DNA of 63,522 nucleotides, the filler included, from Hausera hauseri (taxonomy: Eukaryota), in the NCBI GenBank assembly GCA_046269625.1. It is 11 parts of 11 records of this genome, joined end to end, with 100 filler letters (N's around TTAATTAATTAA, not from the genome) between each part and the next. Parts side by side here need not be neighbours in the genome. Positions count along the whole stretch, not along the records: positions 1 to 6,808 come from JBJURY010063551.1; positions 6,909 to 14,214 come from JBJURY010023453.1; 9 more parts are not named here. The stretch is one strand, 5' to 3'. Shown piece by piece: positions 1 to 11,251 of the stretch. Made by a program: the position numbers and the translations under genes. Under the pieces are notes generated by a model, which was not told where the DNA came from, did not search any database, and saw nothing but the letters and a program-made list of their open reading frames with translations. The first letter of the stretch is position 1, and the number at the start of each line of letters is the position of its first letter.

Positions 1-245
1 AACTTATGGTACTCCCGATCGGATGAAAATCAAAATTTCCGTATCTTGAACTTTTATATTTTAAACATAAGTATTGCTAGTGGGTTGTTGAAATTTTCAT
101 GGCGAGTTTTTCGAGCCAAAAATCACGAGAATCGGTTCAACTGTTCTCAAGATATAAGCTCGACAAACTCCCATGCTTTTTTATTTTTAAAATTGTTTAC
201 CTTCAGAAAATTTAAACAGTTTTATTTCACAAACACATAACATGC

Positions 246-281
246 TCTAGAACATTCTGGAATCTTCCAGAATGTTTTAGA
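246..281. repeat. 17-bp inverted repeat (hairpin)
   Basis: TCTAGAACATTCTGGAA-TC-TTCCAGAATGTTTTAGA, 1 mismatch. Confidence 0.8.
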
Positions 282-3200
282 ACATTATGCAATGCATACA
301 GTTGTATTTATAACGCGTTATTTTCATAGTAGCCTTGGTCAAGCAAAAGAATTAAAAAGAGTAGAGGTTTTCGGAACTACTCTTGGGAATGATAAGATGA
401 ATAAGATAAATGAAATGAGTTGCAATATACGTTACCCTGGAATTTCTGCCCTTGAGCCCCTTGTTCTGGCTATATGCCTTGGTCATGATAATTAATTTGG
501 CCAGGACATTTGGCTCTCGTATATAGGCATAGTTAGAATCTTGACGAATATTCAACTCCCACTAAGTCGGGTAACCGGAAGTCAACATGCTCTTCCATAT
601 GGTGATGACGGATTCAGTATGCTGCAAAACCCTGTGGCTGGAATTGAATTGAGGCTATCGGACCTTAAGGTATTTGAGGGCTGTAGTTCACCCGCTACCT
701 GGTTCTGCGGCGCTGCTTTCATCCCTTTAGAATATACGCACCTTAATTTTTTAAGACGCCTAAATTTATATATTCTACCTATTACATTTATCTTTCACCC
801 TGAATACTCACTGCAGCTACACACATTCTTCACCTCCTCTAGTGTTAGTTTTGCATTTAAACAGTCAAAATACCTATATTCTATAGATATAGTACTTAGG
901 AACTATTTACATATACAACAATTATTCCATATAAAATCTCGTGTCTTGGCTTTTTACGTCCAGTATTTGTATACCAGATTCAGGTCTGTTAAAGTCACCA
1001 AATGTGGCCCTTCTGTGTCTGGTGGAGGCTACTTCTCTGACCTCCCATTACAATACTGCTGGTAACACTTCCATCCTTTAATCCTTCCGCCGTTACACAA
1101 ACCTATTACCCTTCAGCCTCCACCTCAACCCCTATATTCAAGCCGTAGGCATAGGTTTAAACTTACCAAGAATCAACCTAAATTCACACAAACACCCACA
1201 CCACGTATGATAAGTACGGCAACACAAACCGATACTGAAAACATCAAGCAGGTTGTGGACAAAGCTACAGCAAAAAATGCAAATGTAAATAAAAGTACAA
1301 AACCTCTCTCAGCCCTTGACTGGATGTCAGACCTGTTAGGTTTCCTTAACAATAGCATGTGCGCCTGGATATCCTTCTCACTTACCCAACTTAAAGAGGT
1401 GGAAAGGGCATCCCTTAGAAAGAATATAGCTAAAATAAAATCAAAACTACACGAATACAGGAAGATGAGATTATTCAAAATAGGAGTAATCAGCAATAAA
1501 CATCTCCTAGTTAAATATGTTGAAGCAATAACCCTTGCCTTAGATTACGTTCCCCTGACTGACCTGGCTACCTTTACAGCTAACTTCTCGACTAACCCTT
1601 CGCTCACAACAATGAATACGTTCATCGTGGAATGTGTTGAACCCTACAAAACCTACTATAAGTGCAATAAACCTCGAACAAACCATGATCAGTCTGTCCA
1701 AAACACAGATAACAATAAGTACATCATAGATGAGGATCAGGAGGACTTAATCTATAGGACGCAAATATCTTTATAACCTGTGGTATCGATCCTCCTTGCT
1801 GACCTGGAACGCTTACTTATGAAGAAACCTACCAACTACGTCAACATGGATAAAGGTAAACTATCACCAGCTCTCATGAATAAGCTTCCCTCTTGTATCT
1901 TTGCAATAAATAGTAAGATGCACAATTTCTCTCAGGACACCCCCAAATTTAACTTTACCTTTGAACCGAATTTCAAATCTTCAACCTGCTCAAATCGGTA
2001 CAACAACTCCTAGTAGACCGCATCCCTGAACCGTTCAATAAGCATTGGGAATCCATGAAAATAAAATCATTATATCCACAAGGCTCAAGGCCAAGGAAAG
2101 AACCAGTAGACACCGTCAATATCAACCCCAACAATGACCTTAAAATCAATCAAACTCAACCTTTCACAATAGCTCAAAATGACGCTAGAACCTTTTCACC
2201 TGGCTCCTTGAAAACGCTTTAGTAAACTCTGACACGAGACTCCACCAATATGTTCCTTCAGTTCGAGCTCTCCGCTACTTCTTTAATAAGGGATTTAGTG
2301 CAATGGTAAGTCAGTCGATCGTGATAAAAAGTACCAACCTTAGAAACCAGGCATTTAAATTCGCTATCGAATTTATAAATAAATACAGGGAAACTACAAA
2401 CTTCTATACCTCTGCGTCCTTCAATTCCAAAAGCCAAATTCTTTCCTTTCTCACACTGCCATCTGAGGCAACAACATTAAACCCACTAAATTCCTTAGAC
2501 GTCTTACCTGCTAAGGTCAAAATATCAAAAACCAATATTTGTAGGAATAGTCTAAACTCGACCAAACCATCATCCGAAAAACTGCAACCAACAAAAACCT
2601 ATTTTAATTGAAAATAAGACTGCAGCAACGCCACAGCAGATACCTAAACTAATTACCACACCTAACGTGCGCTTTACTTGGACATTGGATAATGCACTCG
2701 TTGCAACCCATAGGGCATTCTCTACTTATATACCAACTGCTAAAGCCTTTAGATACTTCTTCCACAAGGGCAATAGCACTTATGTGAATAAGTCTGTATA
2801 TTTTAAAAATAACAGATTGAAGATGAGGGCCGCTGACTTCCTGAATAGGTCATTAGGAAAGTATAACAATGTCCGAATAAGTACAAAATCATCTACTTTC
2901 CTGATAGTCGGAGTGTCCTCACCTCCTAACCCTGCTGTCTGATGTCACCACCTCTTCCGAAACGTCTCTAGCTAAACTGCTGAAGTACTTCAATGTTGAA
3001 AAATTTGCCGATAATATTTCAAACAACTCCCACCATCTAAAGTTAATAAAGAATACCTGCAGGTCGGCTCTCCAGTCATAGGAACTATACCTTGCCTAAA
3101 ACCAAAATTTATCAAACCAGACTTTACACGTATAGATAAAATTACCATAATCAAACCTAAATAAACATCAACAATATAGAATTTAATATTGCGGCAATCA

Positions 3201-3599
3201 ATGCCCAACAACAGACACTGGTCTCACATATCTCTAAATTAGACAACCCTGTCACCACTTACTCCAACTCAATAAACAAGACATACCAGAGTACAGATGA
3301 TGACATCCTGACTAGCTCGTCCTCAAGTATCCAGGGATCTTCTACAAGCGGCTCACTCTCAGACTCATCTTTAGTGAAGACTACACAAAAATCCTCCGAA
3401 CCCTCCTGCCTACCTCGTAAATGCTTTTCAGAAATTCTGCAATCATCTTGCGACACACTACTGCAAAATATGGCTAAGAACCCAAATAATTCTACAAAAA
3501 AACTTTTAGAAAACCCATTGTGACTACTTGGTTTTCCGCCGATGAAATAGATTACTGAGGCTATCAGGCCACGCTCAGATGTAACTCCCTGTATATATT

Positions 3600-3990
3600 C
3601 TGGTCCCTATTTAAAATACTTTTTCCGATCGCCTATGACGCCACAGCCCACATGAAAATGTCCGATGAGGATGCTGCCCTAACCAACACTGCGGACTAAC
3701 TCTTCATATCCTTATGGCACGAAAGCCACTGGCTCTTAGGTTACACAGATAGGAAAACAGAGTATCTATATCTTCTTGATCCTTATCGTTAATCGGTATA
3801 CTCACGAGCTGGAACTGAACTCCTAATCTTCGTTGTAGACGTCTTCAGAGCTGTTTTTAACATACCTAATCTCTCCCTTCAGGGACTCTACCTAAACAAA
3901 GACCACCAACCTCTTAGTAATTACAACGACTGTGGATCCTACGTATGTGGATACATATTCCAATTCGCGGCTGGTAAAAAATTCCTTAAA
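3600..3990 (+). pseudogene. Ulp1/C48-like cysteine protease domain 1
   Basis: Manual translation in one frame: LWHESHWLLGY..LYLLDPY (HW at 3727-3732) and QPLSNYNDCGSYVC (DCG at 3928-3936); one in-frame TAA at 3790. Confidence 0.75.
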
Positions 3991-4176
3991 GTAGATCCTA
4001 ATGAAATAAGAGCTGCTACTGTCCTTATCCCAGACTCTCCTATCTCATACAGTACCCAAGCTAAATCTTCTAGACTCGAGGGAGCGCGAGAAGAATCTCC
4101 TAGAATCTCCGAATCCTCCGTAATTAGTTGTTCCTTTCTCCTTTGTAGAAATAACGATACCTCTCTTACCCTACAA

Positions 4177-4273
4177 TGTAATCTCCCTAACTGCACATAC
4201 GAAACTAAATACATACCATCAACAAATAGATTCGATAAAGGTACAATCCAACACCTAAAAATTAAAAAACACT
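4177..4273 (+). pseudogene. C2H2-type zinc finger within the retrotransposon polyprotein
   Basis: CNLPNC...QHLKIKKH, same frame as Ulp1 domain 1. Confidence 0.55.
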
Positions 4274-4559
4274 CGACAAAACCTTTTATTGCATTCCTTG
4301 AAAACATGCAATTCTCTCTTAATGCAGCTATGGCGCACTGCTTTCAGGCTCACACGAACAAAGCTCGCAGGGATGTCATCTCAAAACAAAATTACTTTCA
4401 CTTTCAGAACAGATCTACCAGTCAACCCTTCAGATCGATATACCGAATGACTAGATGATTGGACAATCGAACATTACACTCGAACGAAATGCTCGAAATT
4501 TCTTCATGTTCTGTTCGTGAATCCCCTATCCGTGAAAGAGGTACAAAATTCTGATGAAA

Positions 4560-4920
4560 AATCGCTATTCCAACTCTTTCCTGCCGCCATCTTTCCTGAC
4601 TGTCAAATAATACTATGACCCATTCACATCAACAAAATATCTTGGATTTTATTTATTGCAGAGAGGAAGGACCATTGTTGTTTCTAATCGACTCCCCAAC
4701 TAAAATCATAACGGAAGAGCACAAGCTAATCACTAACAAGCTAAGGGATTTCTTGTATCACCTGTCATGCCTCTCAATAGAAGAACCCCTAGACATCTGC
4801 TACCTGAGAGACGACCCACTCCAAAATGGCTATAAAGACAGCGGCTTCTTCATCTGCCATTACGCTATACATTACGCTGAACATCACAATCTCTTCTTCA
4901 CCAACTGCAATATTACTAAC
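4560..4920 (+). pseudogene. Ulp1-like domain 2, catalytic residues substituted
   Basis: PIHINKISWILFI (SW for HW), FLIDSP, QNGYKDSGFFIC (DSG for DCG); frameshifted. Confidence 0.6.
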
Positions 4921-5339
4921 ATCCGAGAAGATGTTCACCTAATAACAAATGAATTCTTGGAATCTAGAAAAATGAAAAAGAAAGAAGAAAAGTCTGCCCA
5001 CCTATTGGTTGCTAGGGCCCTACTCCATCTAGATTCCCAAGGCCTAGGTGCAACACGTTTCCTTAATGAAGCCGCCAGAGCTAAAGAAGAACTCTTTCCT
5101 TCACCATTAAGAAACATACGAAACCCCAAGACCAATAAAAAACTTATGGAACAGTCATACCTCCTTCTACGCCTGGAGTACCAACAAGCACCTAAAATTG
5201 TATATAGCAGAATTACCAACCCGGCTGCGAATGTATCTCTCCCAACAAGGAAATCTGTCGAAGAACATTGCACCAATAAACACCAAAAATAATGGACCCG
5301 AACTACTCCTTCCTTAAGTTACCTTGTATCGAGGATTCT

Positions 5340-6649
5340 TTCACCTATCTCTCAGTTACCTCTGATGAAATAGAAAAAACCTTAAATAATTGCAAGAAAA
5401 GTAGTCCCGGGGAAAACGATATCGAGTACAGCCATTGAAAAGCATTCGACCCTAACTTTACAGCGTTAGAAACCTTCTTCAATCCACCAGGACATTCCTA
5501 CTCAATGGAAATCCTGTAGAACAACACTAATTCCCAAGCCTGGCAAAGAAGAATACTCATATCTTGTTTCCTCCTGGCGGTCCATTGCAGTTTTGGACAC
5601 ATCTTATAGGATCTTCAGCAAAATATTAAACCAGAGGGTACTTGACTGGATATCTTCAGTTGAACTACTACACCCATTCCAGAAAGCCATAGGAGCAACA
5701 ATCGCATGTGCCGAACACAACTTCACTCTTATAGCCCTAAAGGAACAGGTCCTCCGATACCCAAACGAACATGTTCACCTTTGCTTTGTTGACCTCACGG
5801 AAGCATTTTCCACTATACCACACCATTTCGTAAATTTTTTTCTTGAGAAGATGGGACTCCACGCGCTAACCCGGAGCCTTATCATGAAAATGTACGAAAA
5901 CTATAGGACAACATACTCCTGTGGTAGTCTCCACGTCCCACACTTAGACATCAAACGAGGCGTGAGGCAGGGCTGCCCTCTTTCTATGACCCTTTTCTCT
6001 CTGGTAACAAACTTCCTTCTAAATGAAGCAGACGAAACAATCACAGATTCTGTAACCCTATACGGAAAGCCTTTAAGATCCCTGTCCTATACTGACGACG
6101 TAGCATACATTGCCAAATCTCATTCAGACCTACAAAATCTCTTAGATAAGATAATAGTACTAGCTTCTCAGGTAAATCTAACATTTAATCCGAATACGTG
6201 TGGGTACTTTAGTATAGGAATGACACTACGCCTAACCTAATAATTAATGACCAACCGGTGCCCATAATTAAAGATGATGACTACTATAAATATTTAGGAG
6301 TCTCCTTTGGTCATCAGAAAAAGCAAAACTTAGATAAACTTCTAAGCAAAAATCTGGAGTTGTGGAACACTATAGCAGATTCTCGTCTTCACCCTGCCGA
6401 AAAATACACGCATATAAGACATTTATCTTCTCTGCAACTCCATTCCACCTTAGAAATAGAATAATCAATTGGACCTCGCTAGGTAAACACAGTCAAAAAG
6501 ACTCTCAGATTTATTTCAACTATGAAGCAAAATTCCTTAAAATACTTAAAACTAAAATACTTAGGGTCCCCACCAAGGACGCTGGCACTGACTACCCTTT
6601 TGTCGGATCCAATCAAGGAGGACTTGGAATGGTCCCTCTAAAAGATTAG
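5340..6649 (+). pseudogene. Non-LTR reverse transcriptase (disrupted)
   Basis: TTLIPKPG..WRSI, CAEH, FVDLTEAFSTIPH, RGVRQGCPLS, YTDD, YKYLG motifs. Confidence 0.92.
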
Positions 6650-6808
6650 TATGCAATCCAGAGTATTTCATAAGCCTACCAACTACTAAATAGTCATGAT
6701 CCCAACATAAGTATTCTTTGCCTCAAACCATCTATTGAGAGTAACCAGGGATAGAACACATAATAACCTGGAATTCCACGAATCCCTCAGATGGATCAAT
6801 GCCAGTAC

Positions 6809-6908
6809 NNNNNNNNNNNNNNNNNNNNNNNNNNNNNNNNNNNNNNNNNNNNTTAATTAATTAANNNNNNNNNNNNNNNNNNNNNNNNNNNNNNNNNNNN
6901 NNNNNNNN
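6809..6908. other. Artificial contig linker N44-TTAATTAATTAA-N44; also at 14215-14314, 22661-22760, 27074-27173, 31422-31521, 36782-36881, 42144-42243, 46279-46378, 52825-52924, 56920-57019
   Basis: Identical 100-bp spacer with a six-frame stop core, repeated 10 times. Confidence 0.99.
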
Positions 6909-6914
6909 CAGCGA

Positions 6915-9900
6915 TTGGGATATTTCCAACTGATGCAGAAGAAAGCAAGGCAGCATGGAGGACTCCGCAGTGGGCCAATGGATGAAGTACAGGCGGCGGT
7001 GCCTAACGAAGTACTGCAGGACGAAACAGTACAAGGAGAAGGAAATATAATCACCGGCAGGGTGTACCTTCCGCAATCGTTTACCGGTGGCCCACGGTAT
7101 ATGAAAGTAAGCTATCTGGACGCGATGGCCCTTGTAGCTCGATTAGGAGGCCCAACGTATTTCTTGACTATGACGTGTAACGGCAAATGGGAGGAAATTA
7201 AAAGCTCGTTAAATTCCGGCAGCAGGCAGGAAGCTCAAGTCTGCAACCGCGTATTCCAACTTAAATTCCGGGAGCTGCTTAGGGGAATTGAAAGTGGTGC
7301 TTTTTTTGGAAAATTATCATACATAGTATGGGTGATTGAGTTTCAGATGCGAGGACTGCCCCATGCACACATCTGTTTCAGAGTAGCTGACGGAGGCCCG
7401 AAAACGAACACAGATATAGATAAAATAATAAGGGCGGATATTCCGGATGAAAATGAGGCCGGTGGCAGATTGAATAAAATGGTATTAGAACATATGATAC
7501 ACGGACCCTGCGGACTCGGACGTAGGACAGATTTACCATGTTGGGACGAAGAGAAGCAAAAATGTTCGAAATATTTTCCGAAACCTCACAACGAGACAAC
7601 GTACACCGATGAAAAAGGATTCGTGCATTATAAGCGTAACGCCGAAAATAAAACGTTCAAAAAATATAGAAACAAGTTGGTACAGGTGGATGACAGATGG
7701 GTAGTTCCCTACAATGACGCTTTGCTACTTTTTTGGGACGGCCATTGCAACCTTGAAATAGCTTCCACACGTAAGGCGGTGAAATATCTTTTCAAGTACA
7801 TATCTAAAGGATCGCCACTTCGTCGGATGACAGTGGTTAACGAAGCTGAGGAAATCGATGAAGTAGAAGAGTATGTGACCAAGAGGTACATCGGTGCCTC
7901 AGATGCTACTTGGAGAATTTTGGAGTTTGACATCACCGGCCGAAGTCCTACAGTAGTACATTTACCAGTTCATCTGAAGGGAAAACATAACGTTATATTT
8001 CGTCCGGGCGAGGAAAAAGAAGCGTGCGAAAAATCGACTTCAAATTTGCTATTATATTTCAGTCGGCCTGAAATAGAAGAGTTGGACGATTTAACTTATT
8101 TGGACTTCTACGAAAATTACAGAGTCCACTCAAAGAAGCCGAATGCAGCAACCCTTAAACAGATACCGTACTCGGATGGAACGCACTACGCCACGAAAAG
8201 GCAGAGAGGAGAATGCGTAGCTCGAATGTTTTGGGTAGCGCCAAATAGAGGAGAGCAGTATTATTTGAGAATGCTGTTGACCAGATATCCCTGCCGCAAG
8301 TACGAAGACTTGTATGCGCTGGGTGGACCGAACTGCAAAACGTTCCAACAGGCTGCAAGGGAACTTGGACTCGCCGATGACAAAAAGGAGTATTACGACG
8401 CTCTTGAAGAAGCCGTTCGCTTCATGAAAGCTGGTCGACTGAGGCAGTTCTTCGTAATGCTGTCGACAATAGGATGCCCGGTGCCGGAGATGTGGGAGAA
8501 GTTCAAGAGGGACCTCTGCGAAGATTTCCTGGAACACTACATTGATGATGAAGAAAAAGCTTTCAAGCTGGGCCTTATACACATAGACCGCTGTTTACGT
8601 CGACAGGGATCATCGCTTTTTGAAGCCGGTCTACCAGTAGTGGAAGACGATTCAACAGAGTTAGGCCGAGAAAGACTGCAGTACAGTAAGTCACTCCAAA
8701 AGGCATTCGTTGAAGAATGGGAACCTCGCCTTTCATCGGACCAGTCCAGGCTTTTTAACCACGTTAAGTCAATAGTAAATGGACAATGTAACGACAGAGT
8801 GATATTTTTGGATGGCCCTGGAGGATCAGGAAAAACACTACTTCTTAAAGTAATTTCAGCTTTCCTGCGATCCGAGGACAAAGTAGTTGTATGCGTAGCC
8901 AGCTCCGGAATTGCAGCACAAAATTTAACAGGCGGTACAACTGCTCACAGCATGTTTCGGCTTCCTTTAACGATGAACAAGGACAGTATGTGGTCGATTA
9001 CGAATGGATCCCAGAGAGCAGAACTTATTAGAGAAGCATCTCTGTTGATTTTCGACGAGGCACCCATGGCACACAGGAACTTGATGGAAACGCTGGATAG
9101 ATCATTAAGAGATTTAATGCAAAAGGATGTGTTGTTCGGTGGCAAGATGGTAATACTGTCAGGAGATTTTCGACAGATTCCGCCGATTGTAGAAAACGCC
9201 ATGACAAATACGGATATAGTTCATGCTTCAATTCGCCAGTCGTATATTTGGAGGGAAGTGAAAGTGTTCACATTGGTTACATCGCATAGGCTGAGAGGAG
9301 ATGATATCTACAGCGAATTCGTAATGAAAGTTGGCTGCGGCAAAGTTGAGAAACGTGTAGTTGGCGAAGGAAGAAACAAAGAAGTTCTGGTGGCACTACC
9401 TGAAATAACTCACTTTACAGAAATCGAGGAATTAATTAACGCTGTCTTCCCAAAAGATATGTTACAGGACCCTGATGAATGTTCGAAGAGAGTAATTATC
9501 TGCACTTTAAACGACAACGTCAACGAAGTTAATGATAAAGTATTAGCGACGATCGACGGAGAAATGCAGACTCTCTACAGCTTCGACTGTTTAACCGAAC
9601 AAGATGGAGTAGGAGTTGATATAGATGACGCCATGTTACACCACGCGCAAGGAAAAGGAATGCCGACACACGCGCTTCAGCTTAAAGTCGGTTCTGTCTG
9701 CATCGTGACTAGAAATTTAAACTTCGATCTGGGATTAGTAAACGGCACTAAAGTAATTATCGTCGCGATTAGTCGGAAGCTCATCACATGTCGGAGGCCG
9801 GGAGATGATGAGTTCTTCGGGATTCCCCGCATATCATTTAAGTTCCCGATTTTCGTAAATAGCCCCATAGAAATGTGTAGGCGCCAGTTTCCCCTACAAC

Positions 9901-10115
9901 TCGCGTATGCCATCACAATTCACAAGAGCCAGGGACAGACAATAGATTTTGTGGGTTTAGATTTACGATCGGATCCGTTCACCCACGGCCAACTCTACGT
10001 AGCGTTGAGCCGTGTGAGATCGCGAAATAATATTCGGTTACTCATAAATCCTGACCGGGTCATAGATGGAACACCACACACGAAAAATGTTGTATTCGCG
10101 GACCTTATTGAGTAG
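6915..10115 (+). CDS. Helitron Rep/PIF1-helicase transposase (5'-truncated by contig start, otherwise uninterrupted)
   Basis: GGPRYM..YLDAMA, VIEFQMRGLPHAHI (HUH), KYLFKYISKG (Y2), DGPGGSGKT, DEAPM, GDFRQIPP, TIHKSQGQT, HGQLYVALSRV. Confidence 0.97.
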   Translation: MGYFQLMQKKARQHGGLRSGPMDEVQAAVPNEVLQDETVQGEGNIITGRVYLPQSFTGGPRYMKVSYLDAMALVARLGGPTYFLTMTCNGKWEEIKSSLNSGSRQEAQVCNRVFQLKFRELLRGIESGAFFGKLSYIVWVIEFQMRGLPHAHICFRVADGGPKTNTDIDKIIRADIPDENEAGGRLNKMVLEHMIHGPCGLGRRTDLPCWDEEKQKCSKYFPKPHNETTYTDEKGFVHYKRNAENKTFKKYRNKLVQVDDRWVVPYNDALLLFWDGHCNLEIASTRKAVKYLFKYISKGSPLRRMTVVNEAEEIDEVEEYVTKRYIGASDATWRILEFDITGRSPTVVHLPVHLKGKHNVIFRPGEEKEACEKSTSNLLLYFSRPEIEELDDLTYLDFYENYRVHSKKPNAATLKQIPYSDGTHYATKRQRGECVARMFWVAPNRGEQYYLRMLLTRYPCRKYEDLYALGGPNCKTFQQAARELGLADDKKEYYDALEEAVRFMKAGRLRQFFVMLSTIGCPVPEMWEKFKRDLCEDFLEHYIDDEEKAFKLGLIHIDRCLRRQGSSLFEAGLPVVEDDSTELGRERLQYSKSLQKAFVEEWEPRLSSDQSRLFNHVKSIVNGQCNDRVIFLDGPGGSGKTLLLKVISAFLRSEDKVVVCVASSGIAAQNLTGGTTAHSMFRLPLTMNKDSMWSITNGSQRAELIREASLLIFDEAPMAHRNLMETLDRSLRDLMQKDVLFGGKMVILSGDFRQIPPIVENAMTNTDIVHASIRQSYIWREVKVFTLVTSHRLRGDDIYSEFVMKVGCGKVEKRVVGEGRNKEVLVALPEITHFTEIEELINAVFPKDMLQDPDECSKRVIICTLNDNVNEVNDKVLATIDGEMQTLYSFDCLTEQDGVGVDIDDAMLHHAQGKGMPTHALQLKVGSVCIVTRNLNFDLGLVNGTKVIIVAISRKLITCRRPGDDEFFGIPRISFKFPIFVNSPIEMCRRQFPLQLAYAITIHKSQGQTIDFVGLDLRSDPFTHGQLYVALSRVRSRNNIRLLINPDRVIDGTPHTKNVVFADLIE

Positions 10116-11140
10116 GTTTTACTGGGTAAAGGACTTGCTTTGTAAATATTTGTATATATTCTATCTTTTATTTACTTTAGCATGTAAGTTTGTAGGAATG
10201 TATGTAAATATGTAAATGTATGTACATATGTACTTTAGCATGTTACCTTAATATATATTATTTTAATTTTATTAGATAAGTGAAATTTACTGTAAATATT
10301 TTATGTAAATAAACAGCAGTCCTTTACCAATACAAAAAAATCTGGGAAATCTGCAGAGGCTACCGGTTGTTGTATAAATATGTAAATAAATACGTTATAT
10401 AGTTTATAGGCTATATTGTATATAGTTTATAGCATATAGTATATAGTTGTAAATATGTAAATATATGCACATATGTAAATAATTAATTAATAATAGAGTA
10501 TAATGCATGTTTTTGTAAATAGTTGTAAAAAAAGGTTATGGGCAGGCTTGCAGTTGACGTCCGTGACAGCCATTGTTTTCTCAGATCCAATACATATAAA
10601 TAAATATATGATGGAAGAGGATAACAAAAAAGTCACACGTTCTGCCCGGGTGGTGCTAACGAACTGCATTAAAGAGAAAAAAATCAAAATAAAATTAAAT
10701 AAAGTTTAACTCCCCACTTTTCAATCTAAAATCTTCATACAGAAGCTTGACACTACTAACTGCAACTTAAAATCTCCAAACTCCGAACATTAAACTTCAA
10801 ACTATGTACTTGTAACTCCGAAATTCAAACTTTATATTCGATATACGTCACACATATAAATCAAAATCTTAACTCCAAAACGACAACTCCAATACGAAAG
10901 GATAGTTACAAACTAATAAAAATTGTTCTTCCGATTATTCAACAAAAAAAAACCCTAAAAACTCAAATCGGAAAACACCCATATTGTAGCCCAGGTCGCA
11001 AATCTTCCAGGGGGTATGGGAGTCCCCCCAACTGATATTTAGTGTACCCACTACAATTCTAACTAACCTACACTCAGACAAACGAAAAAATTCACTTCTG
11101 AAACCCAAAAATGATGCCCTACCCTAAACAATAATTTCGA

Positions 11141-11196
11141 GGGAGCGAAGCTCCCGAAGGGGGTTTGGGGGCGAAGCCTCTAACTCGCTTGCGAGT
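11141..11196 (+). repeat. Cluster of GC-rich mini-hairpins, probable Helitron 3' terminal region
   Basis: GGGAGC-GAA-GCTCCC (11141-11155), GGGGC-GAA-GCCTC and CTCGC-TT-GCGAG, about 1 kb after the Rep-Hel stop. Confidence 0.6.
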
Positions 11197-11251
11197 ATTT
11201 ACCTTTATATTTTCAATACATTTTTGCATCTCCAAGCACTATTAATTGCTG

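Larger units (their letters stand above)
1207..6808 (+). mobile_element. Decayed non-LTR retrotransposon, NeSL/R2-group-like (Ulp1 protease, zinc finger, RT); 3' end cut by contig end, 5' boundary uncertain
   Basis: Co-linear + strand fragments: Ulp1 motifs, C2H2 finger, non-LTR RT motifs; many stops and frameshifts. Confidence 0.8.

Noticed and set aside
541-1065. 174-aa ORF at the start of contig 1
   Set aside because: TTG start and no recognisable motif; may be 5' UTR or decayed sequence
6853-6864. Recurrent TTAATTAATTAA as piggyBac target sites or a repeat array
   Set aside because: Always centred in N-runs of fixed length; it is an assembly linker
10116-10500. TATGTAAATA-rich tract as a structured repeat system
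   Set aside because: Low-complexity AT-rich trailer of the Helitron with no regular period
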